A stretch of DNA of 64,000 nucleotides from Candidatus Aenigmatarchaeota archaeon (lineage in GTDB: Archaea > Aenigmatarchaeota > Aenigmatarchaeia > CG10238-14 > SCSR01). The stretch spans positions 78,702 to 142,701 of the forward strand of contig JAHLMT010000001.1 in assembly GCA_018920185.1 (NCBI GenBank). The letters run 5' to 3'. Made by a program: the position numbers and the translations under genes. Numbering within the stretch: position 1 is the stretch's first letter; each line of letters opens with the position of its first letter. The notes below the pieces were generated by a model. The model had not been told where the DNA came from, made no database searches, and saw only the letters and a list, made by a program, of their open reading frames with translations. Positions 57,509 through 64,000 of the stretch are shown here, one piece after another.

Positions 57509-59135
57509 CATCTAAACTAATTTCGAAAGCAGCGCAAGGCATTTCTAAATTCCATTGCTCAAGAACAACCGGAGAAATTTCACCCAATATTCCTATTGAC
57601 TTGTTATTCACGACTATACTTGCTTGTCTACCTTCGATGAATGTTTCACTAGAATTTTCTTTAAACGAGTATATGACACCCATTTGCTTCAATAAAGATT
57701 CAACCACCCCCTTAACTTCAGCATAACTACTTTTTGAATGTGAAATTACACATGCAACTTTTCTTATAGTTTTTGACATGGTTTCTTCATCATTATCAGG
57801 AACAACAACATCACCAACTTCGAAAATATTCTGTGGATATTCAACATGCTTATTAGCAGAGAGAACTTCCATTAAGCTTGGTAATAGCCAATTTCTCAAA
57901 CATATGTACTCTGATGAAACTGGATTCTCTAATTCAATCACAGCTTCACTCTTAATGTTCATCTTATCGAATAAATTCTTATGATTGGTTAATATAGGTC
58001 TAATAATTTCTTGAAAACCGAATCCGACTAGCAGTTGTCTTACTTTGTTTGACAGTTTTTCTATGGGATGAACCTTTCCTATAGTAGCTACGCTTGGTAA
58101 ATGAGGAATAAAATTATTGAATCCGTATCCAATTGCAACATCTTCAATCAAATCAACCTTATGCAAAATGTCAGTTCTATAAGCTGGAATAAAAACTTTT
58201 AACATACCTTTATTTTCAATTACATCATAACCCATTCTGTTAAGCGCATCTATTATATCACTTTTTTTCAGATCCAGACCAATTAATTTATTTGTTTCAT
58301 CAATTCCCAAATCTATAAAGGTGGGATTAAGATTGGGTACAACTTCAGATTTTTCACCATAAAATATTTTTGTAGCCTCTATTATACAACCGCGTTCAGC
58401 AAAATTAGTTACAATTATATTCAGAGTTTGTAGGACAGCTTCTTTATCAGTTCCGGTTAATTCGACAAAAAGATTCTTAGTTTTTTCTGTTACACGAGTT
58501 CTTTCTGAATTTATTATCGGAGGAAAGCTGAAAATTCCTTTTGCATCGATCCACGCAGGTAGCTTTTTCAGTCCAGATAAAATATGACCATATTCCTTGC
58601 CTTTAGGAATTTTTTCTAGAACTTCGGCTAAAGTTATTTCTTCATTTGTATCTAATGGAACAATTTTTTCATCAGAACTTACTTCGGTGTATACGATATT
58701 TGGTATAATCTTGTCAAAATCGTGAATGCCAATTGCAACCTTCTCCCTCTTCCTACCTATAGTATCAGTCAAAACATCTTGTATGTTCATTAAACTTCTG
58801 ATAAAACTATCTGTTATTGACACATTTCTAATAACTGAAGCAGCGAGATATGGCCTATAAGGGAGATAAGAAGCTTTAATATGCAATTGAGGACTGTTAA
58901 CAGTAAACTTTTTCAAACCTTTCTGTAATCCTAAATATTGTTTGATAGCTCGTGATAAGCCTTCTATACCAAATAAATCTGGTCTATCTGGTGTTAACTC
59001 TACAGTTATCTCGGTCTCAGTTTTACTTTCAACATTTGTTTTCATCAAATGGATAATTTCTTCTAACTGTTCATCGGAAAGCCTTTTTCCAATCAAGTTT
59101 AACAAATCTTTTTTATCATAAGTAATTGTTGGCAT
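57501..59135 (-). CDS. pheT: phenylalanyl-tRNA synthetase beta subunit (archaeal)
   Basis: [17 protein letters not shown] and [19 protein letters not shown]. The start was trimmed to the ATG overlapping the pheS stop (ATG/TAA overlap at 59133-59137). Confidence 0.88.
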   Translation of the reverse strand: MPTITYDKKDLLNLIGKRLSDEQLEEIIHLMKTNVESKTETEITVELTPDRPDLFGIEGLSRAIKQYLGLQKGLKKFTVNSPQLHIKASYLPYRPYLAASVIRNVSITDSFIRSLMNIQDVLTDTIGRKREKVAIGIHDFDKIIPNIVYTEVSSDEKIVPLDTNEEITLAEVLEKIPKGKEYGHILSGLKKLPAWIDAKGIFSFPPIINSERTRVTEKTKNLFVELTGTDKEAVLQTLNIIVTNFAERGCIIEATKIFYGEKSEVVPNLNPTFIDLGIDETNKLIGLDLKKSDIIDALNRMGYDVIENKGMLKVFIPAYRTDILHKVDLIEDVAIGYGFNNFIPHLPSVATIGKVHPIEKLSNKVRQLLVGFGFQEIIRPILTNHKNLFDKMNIKSEAVIELENPVSSEYICLRNWLLPSLMEVLSANKHVEYPQNIFEVGDVVVPDNDEETMSKTIRKVACVISHSKSSYAEVKGVVESLLKQMGVIYSFKENSSETFIEGRQASIVVNNKSIGILGEISPVVLEQWNLEMPCAAFEISLDAI

Positions 59136-60394
59136 TATCTCACCATTTCCTTGTTTCTTAACCAACTCAAATTATCAGAATAAAGATAGCGTATATCACT
59201 AATGCCAAGCTTTATCATTGCTAATCTCCCAATTCCTAATCCCCATGCCAATACAGGAACTTCTATACCCAATGGATAAGTAACTTCTGGTCGGAATATG
59301 CCAGCTCCACCAAACTCTGTCCACCCAAGATCTTTAATAAACGCGATACCTTCAACAGATGGTTCTGTGAATGGGAAATAACTGGGCTTAAACCTGACCC
59401 TTTCAGCACCAAAAGTTTCTGCAATTTCTTTCAAATATCCCAGTAAATTTTTAAAATTAAGTTCCTCACCAACAACAATTCCTTCACATTGATCAAATTC
59501 GATAAAATGCTTAGAATCAATCACATCAGGTCTGAAATTTCTGTCAATGACAAACATCTTATAAGGCAAATCATCTCTTTTTAATTTCGATAAAGTTCTA
59601 GCTGAAACAGCTGTAGTTTGGCTTCTGAGAATTAATCTTTTAGCTAGTTCAAAATTCCAATTGCCCCACCCCCTGCTCCCAGTAATCCAACCTTTATTAT
59701 GTGTTTCTTCTACACGTTTCCACAAATTCTCATCGATGACTTTTCCTTGTTTAGGTTCTTTAACTATGAAAATATCATGAATACCTCTTGCTGGATGATC
59801 AGAAGGCATGAACAAAGCATCCGCATTCCAAAAATTCAATTCAACTAGTGGTCCTTTAGCTTCCACAAATCCTAAACCGATTAATTTCTCTCTCACTTCT
59901 TCTATTATTTGTCTGTAAGGGTGCAGTTTACCAGGATATACCTTAGGCACGGGAATGTTAACATCATACTTTTTGAATTTCACTTGTTTCCATAATCCAC
60001 TTTTTAGCAGTTGTGGTGTTAGGGTTGTAACTTCTTTACCAATTAATTTATCAGCTTCACTCACAACTATTTTTCTTATCAGTTTTCTTTGTAGAAGAAT
60101 ATTAACTAAATTTTGCTCAACTTCCTCTCCCCTTTCGATTTTTTCTAAAGCTTCTTGTTCGGGAATTTTTCCAGGATACTTTATTAACACAAGGTCTTTT
60201 CCATAAGATTCGATCCATTTGTTTTTTAAAGCCCACTGCAATCCAATATAGAAATTTCCTATACTTTTCTTAGCTTCATCGAATGATAGAGACTTCATGG
60301 GTTGTTTATTAAGAATCTCTACTAATTGTTTCTCTGGAAGACCTTTCTTAAGATATTCTTTACCTTCTTGAGTTAATTCATATTTTTGAACCAT
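59135..60394 (-). CDS. pheS: phenylalanyl-tRNA synthetase alpha subunit
   Basis: Class II core FNFDALFMP-like motif ADALFMPSDHPARGIHDIF, and GLGIGRLAM. Confidence 0.9.
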   Translation of the reverse strand: MVQKYELTQEGKEYLKKGLPEKQLVEILNKQPMKSLSFDEAKKSIGNFYIGLQWALKNKWIESYGKDLVLIKYPGKIPEQEALEKIERGEEVEQNLVNILLQRKLIRKIVVSEADKLIGKEVTTLTPQLLKSGLWKQVKFKKYDVNIPVPKVYPGKLHPYRQIIEEVREKLIGLGFVEAKGPLVELNFWNADALFMPSDHPARGIHDIFIVKEPKQGKVIDENLWKRVEETHNKGWITGSRGWGNWNFELAKRLILRSQTTAVSARTLSKLKRDDLPYKMFVIDRNFRPDVIDSKHFIEFDQCEGIVVGEELNFKNLLGYLKEIAETFGAERVRFKPSYFPFTEPSVEGIAFIKDLGWTEFGGAGIFRPEVTYPLGIEVPVLAWGLGIGRLAMIKLGISDIRYLYSDNLSWLRNKEMVR

Positions 60395-60872
60395 ATTGCA
60401 TATGTTGTTTTATTCGATTTAATATTTTTTTAAATTCGTTTTCTTCTATGTTAGATAATAAATTGCTTAGACTCTGTATATAACTCGGTAATTCTTTTGA
60501 AGATACAGCTGGATTGAAATAAGTTCTTTCTGAAACTTCAGACAGTTTTTTCCTCCCATCCCACCAATCGGCATATTTTTCGGGATCAATGGGTAGAAGT
60601 TCTAGGATCTTTATCTTGTCAGGAAAACCTTTAGGTGAATATAAAATACATCCTTCCCCCATTTCCCTATCGTTCAATTCAATAGCATAAGCATATACCT
60701 CACCGTTAAAGAAAGGTTGTCTCAATCGATAAATAGCTCTTCTAGTTAAAGGATCGGAACTAGCATATTCAATGATTGCATGTTTTAACCAATCAGGTGG
60801 TAATTCTCCGTCATGTGAGAGATATGTAATCTCATCAATTCTGTTCTCTATTAACTTTGAACCGTCTTTCAC
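60378..60872 (-). CDS. hypothetical protein co-transcribed with pheST
   Basis: A 164 aa ORF with no recognised motif, overlapping the pheS start by 17 nt. Confidence 0.45.
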   Translation of the reverse strand: MKDGSKLIENRIDEITYLSHDGELPPDWLKHAIIEYASSDPLTRRAIYRLRQPFFNGEVYAYAIELNDREMGEGCILYSPKGFPDKIKILELLPIDPEKYADWWDGRKKLSEVSERTYFNPAVSSKELPSYIQSLSNLLSNIEENEFKKILNRIKQHMQYGSKI

Positions 60873-60994
60873 CAGTCATTCAGACTCACCTCTTTCAAGC
60901 GAATTAACAGAACTAGATAAGCCACAATTTTCAGTTTAGAAATTGGCTGTACATCACAATCTTATTATTTATTTTGTTGGACAAGTTTATAAAT

Positions 60995-62086
60995 CTAATC
61001 TTTTAATAGAAAATTTTCAATTTGGTTTTTGGCTCTCTCTCTTTCTCTCTGATGATGAGTTAAGAACCTTTTTACCTTTTCAGATAAATAGTGTTTGACT
61101 TCGCCAGATGTTAATTTACCATTTCTAAAATCACTAAATATCTGTTTTATTTTTCTGTCGTCTTCCTCAAACATGAAATATAAATAATTGCACGCAACGT
61201 CTATTTCTGGATTTCCGCCAAATTTCTTGTGTTCTTCTAAAGTTTTTGCACCCCCAGAGAATGCACCCATTATTTTCTTTTCGGCAACTTCAGGTTCGTC
61301 GGTAAGATAAATACATGTCTCTGGTTTACTTCCAGACATCTTTCCACCCAATAAACCTGGCATAAACTTATGATAAGTAGATGCCGGTTTAACAAAATTC
61401 AATTTGGCTGCTATGTCTCTTACTAAGCGCATGTACGGATCTTGATCAATCCCGATGTTAGTTACGGTTGGTTTGCGGCCGCCGTATTCATCTAACTGTG
61501 GAAACAAAATGTGTGCAGATTGCATTACAGCATAAAATATTTGTCCAGGATTTGTTTCGTTTGTAAATCCAAAAATAGCTTTTATTGCAGAAAATGTGGT
61601 TTTAGTTGAGATTTTTATAGCCAATTCATATAATTTTGCAAGTTTTGTAGAAATGAATATTTTAGTTTTTTTTGGATCAAATCCTAATGCAATTATATCG
61701 GGGATCACAAAATCGTATGCATTTTTAGTAGCCTTTTCTATCGTTTCGGCTTTCTTAAAAACATATGTTTCATCATTTGAAATTGGTATGAAAACATCTG
61801 CACCGTTTTTCTGGAAAAATAACGCCTCCCTCAAAACCATCAAATTACCCAAGTGCAATGGACCAGAAGGATTGAATCCTGTAAGTACAGCAAATGGTTT
61901 CTTGTTTTTAATAGCGTCAACTATCAAGCCAAAATCACGATGGCCGAAAACAATTCCTCTACGATAGAGGGTATCTAAATTCTTTAGTTGTTTCAAATAA
62001 GGATCAATTCTTTCTATGCCAAACTCTTGCATCGTTTGCTCATAATTTATTTCACCTTCAACTGAGTCAACTGTAATTTTAGCCAT
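60995..62086 (-). CDS. trpS: tryptophanyl-tRNA synthetase (archaeal/eukaryal type)
   Basis: HIGH-type GFNPSGPLHLGN, GIDQDPYMRLVRDIA, and KMSGSK. Confidence 0.85.
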   Translation of the reverse strand: MAKITVDSVEGEINYEQTMQEFGIERIDPYLKQLKNLDTLYRRGIVFGHRDFGLIVDAIKNKKPFAVLTGFNPSGPLHLGNLMVLREALFFQKNGADVFIPISNDETYVFKKAETIEKATKNAYDFVIPDIIALGFDPKKTKIFISTKLAKLYELAIKISTKTTFSAIKAIFGFTNETNPGQIFYAVMQSAHILFPQLDEYGGRKPTVTNIGIDQDPYMRLVRDIAAKLNFVKPASTYHKFMPGLLGGKMSGSKPETCIYLTDEPEVAEKKIMGAFSGGAKTLEEHKKFGGNPEIDVACNYLYFMFEEDDRKIKQIFSDFRNGKLTSGEVKHYLSEKVKRFLTHHQRERERAKNQIENFLLKD

Positions 62087-62189
62087 ATAATCAGCCTGTT
62101 AAAGAGTAATTTAGAAATAGAAGCAAATAAAGTCTACAATCTAAGACATAAACCATTGGAACATATCATCATCTTTATTTAATAAATGT

Positions 62190-62210
62190 AACAATTTAAA
62201 CTTTAATATC
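62190..62210 (+). promoter_or_regulatory. putative TATA region upstream of rps6e (leaderless)
   Basis: AATTTAAACTTTAATATCC lies 14-34 nt upstream of the ATG at 62224. Confidence 0.2.
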
Positions 62211-62223
62211 CTTGTGATAGATT

Positions 62224-62646
62224 ATGACAAACTTCACTATCGTGGTTTCAGATCCTGAAACTAGAAAATCTTATCAGATTGTAATAGACCAAGATAAAGC
62301 TATTTCTCTTGTTGGCAAAAAAATCGGTGATGAAATACAAGGTGAGTTATTTGGATTATCTGGATATACTCTTAAAATTACTGGCGGGAGTGATAAAGAT
62401 GGATTTCCTATGCATCCCGCCGTTCAAGGACAGGGAAGAAAAAGGGCCCTTCTAACAGGACCACCAGGATTTCATCCAAAGTTGAAAGGAGAGAGGAAAA
62501 GAAAAACGGTTCGTGGAAATACAATTTCTCAAGATATAGCTCAAATAAATATGAAAATTATTACAAAAGGACAGAAACCACTAGAAGAAGTATTTCCACC
62601 AAAAGAAAAGAAATCTGAAGGAGGTGGAGAAAGTAAATCAAGTTGA
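62224..62646 (+). CDS. rps6e: ribosomal protein S6e
   Basis: [27 protein letters not shown] and [15 protein letters not shown]. Confidence 0.9.
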   Translation: MTNFTIVVSDPETRKSYQIVIDQDKAISLVGKKIGDEIQGELFGLSGYTLKITGGSDKDGFPMHPAVQGQGRKRALLTGPPGFHPKLKGERKRKTVRGNTISQDIAQINMKIITKGQKPLEEVFPPKEKKSEGGGESKSS

Positions 62647-63853
62647 TTACAGACTGATACCAGAAGTTAACATTGGTATGGTTGGTCATGTCTCTCATGG
62701 AAAAACAACTTTAGTAAAAGCACTAACAGGTAAGCTAACTCTTACCCATTCTGAAGAATTGAAAAGAGGAATAACAATAAGATTAGGATATGCAGATTCA
62801 ACAATTTACAAATGTCCTAATTGTGGAAAATATTCTACTAATAAAAAATGCATTTATTGCCTTTCTGATACAGAACCTGTTCGTACAGTGAGTTTTATTG
62901 ACGCTCCTGGTCATGAAACACTAATGGCTACTGTATTAACAGGAGCAAGCCTGATGGATGGTGCTATTCTTCTGATAGCCGCAAATGAAAAATGTCCACA
63001 GCCACAAACTCGTGAACATCTGAAAGCACTAGAAGTTGTCGGTATTAAGAATGTTATTATAGTTCAAAGTAAAATTGATCTAGTAACAAAAGAACAAGCT
63101 ATGGAAAATTACAACCAGATAAAAGAATTTGTCAAAGGAAGTATTATTGAAAACTCGCCAATCATTCCTGTCTCAGCGCAGTATAACATTAATATTGATG
63201 TTTTATTAGATGCAATTCAAAGTTTGATACCTACACCCAAAAGAAATCTTGATTCAGATCCTTTAATGTATGTTGCACGTAGTTTTGATATTAACAGACC
63301 CGGCACAATACCGAAGAAATTAGTAGGGGGAATAATAGGCGGTTCGGTCGTCCAAGGTAAGTTTAAAGTTGGCGATGAAATAGAGATTAAACCAGGCGTT
63401 TTAAAGAGAGATGTTTACGAACCATTAAAAACAAGAATCGTGGGTTTGGAAAAAGCAAAGATTGATTTAGAAGAAGCTAGTGCTGGTGGACTTTTAGGAA
63501 TGATGACTGAATTGGATCCGGCGTTAACAAAATCTGATGGTCTTGTGGGTAATGTTGTTGGTCTTCCTGGGAAATTACCGGAAGTAATGGACTCGTTAAA
63601 TCTGGAATTACACTTGCTAGAGCGAGTGGTTGGTGCCAAAGAATTAGCTGCAGTAGAACCAATTAAACTAAACGAGACACTTCTGATAAACGTCGGTACT
63701 AGCCGATCTATTGGTAATGTAACCTCAATTAAGAAAGGAACAGTTCAGTTGAATCTAAAGATTCCTGTTTGCGCTAATAGAAATGAAAGAGTTGTTATTT
63801 CAAGACAGATTCAAGGAAGATGGCGACTAGTTGGATATGGTGTCATCGAGTAA
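62624..63853 (+). CDS. eif2g: translation initiation factor aIF2 gamma subunit
   Basis: [18 protein letters not shown], the zinc ribbon CPNCGKY...CIYC, DAPGH and QSKIDL. A GTG start overlaps rps6e, with an alternative internal ATG at about 62679. Confidence 0.9.
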   Translation: MEKVNQVDYRLIPEVNIGMVGHVSHGKTTLVKALTGKLTLTHSEELKRGITIRLGYADSTIYKCPNCGKYSTNKKCIYCLSDTEPVRTVSFIDAPGHETLMATVLTGASLMDGAILLIAANEKCPQPQTREHLKALEVVGIKNVIIVQSKIDLVTKEQAMENYNQIKEFVKGSIIENSPIIPVSAQYNINIDVLLDAIQSLIPTPKRNLDSDPLMYVARSFDINRPGTIPKKLVGGIIGGSVVQGKFKVGDEIEIKPGVLKRDVYEPLKTRIVGLEKAKIDLEEASAGGLLGMMTELDPALTKSDGLVGNVVGLPGKLPEVMDSLNLELHLLERVVGAKELAAVEPIKLNETLLINVGTSRSIGNVTSIKKGTVQLNLKIPVCANRNERVVISRQIQGRWRLVGYGVIE

Positions 63854-63879
63854 AAATTTATCCTGGGCAATTTACAGTT

Positions 63880-63990
63880 GCTTGGACGCTCCTGCCCGCC
63901 GGTGGAACAATTCTATAAACGCAGGTTCTAGGAGTACCTGAAGATGTACAAGAGTTATCAATTAAGGTAGCTGTTGTGCCAGGCTCTATC
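63880..63990. other. GC-rich structured island in otherwise AT-rich DNA (possible ncRNA 5' portion, truncated by window edge)
   Basis: GCTTGGACGCTCCTGCCCGCCGGTGGAAC...CAGGTtctaggagtACCTG...GTGCCAGGCTC. The local GC content is far above flanking intergenic DNA. No ORF was called here. Confidence 0.25.
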
Positions 63991-64000
63991 GTTGGTTTAT

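Noticed and set aside
1-64000. Looked for CRISPR arrays, rRNA genes, integrases or transposases, and inteins in aIF5B, thermosome and Rad50
   Set aside because: No direct-repeat/spacer periodicity and no rRNA-like conserved blocks were seen. No integrase or transposase motifs were seen near either tRNA. All three proteins have normal lengths with contiguous motifs.

Overview
This 64 kb window is AT-rich (roughly one-third GC by eye), gene-dense archaeal chromosomal DNA. The archaeal assignment rests on thermosome, proteasome beta, aIF2-gamma, aIF5B, S6e, aCPSF1/FttA, archaeal-type ProRS/TrpRS/PheRS, class-III-signal-peptide pilins and intron-containing tRNAs. Most of the window is core information processing. 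It carries eight aminoacyl-tRNA synthetase genes (proS, hisS, ileS, a compact alaS, leuS, pheS, pheT, trpS), thermosome, psmB, infB/aIF5B, eif2g, rps6e, aMBF1 and an mre11-rad50-herA cluster, plus uppS with a GGR-family reductase and purF. There are three tRNA genes: tRNA-Arg(CCU) and two that carry extra (intron) sequence, one of them with a non-canonical D-arm intron. The accessory-looking content falls into four areas. (1) An eight-gene, translationally coupled type IV pilus (Tad/Ups/Aap-like) operon at about 5.4-12.5 kb. It has several class-III-signal pilins, a FlaI/GspE-type ATPase with a long N-terminal coiled-coil extension, and the FlaJ/TadC platform split into two genes. (2) A separate pilin gene whose C-terminal half carries a fibrinogen-related (FReD-like) motif, suggesting a candidate pilus lectin or adhesin. 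(3) A large Asn/Ser/Thr-rich secreted protein with very many N-glycosylation sequons and a C-terminal membrane anchor, a candidate S-layer glycoprotein. (4) A divergent cluster of two PaaK/F390-synthetase-family adenylate-forming enzymes with a transglutaminase-like protein and a V4R-domain protein, next to a KaiC-like ATPase, a membrane thioredoxin-like protein, a SpoIIM/DUF95 membrane protein and another pilin. No rRNA, CRISPR array, integrase or transposase was recognised. The compact proteins, unusual tRNA introns and a possible tRNA-Ile(UAU) are compatible with a small-genome (DPANN-like) archaeon, but that is inference only.
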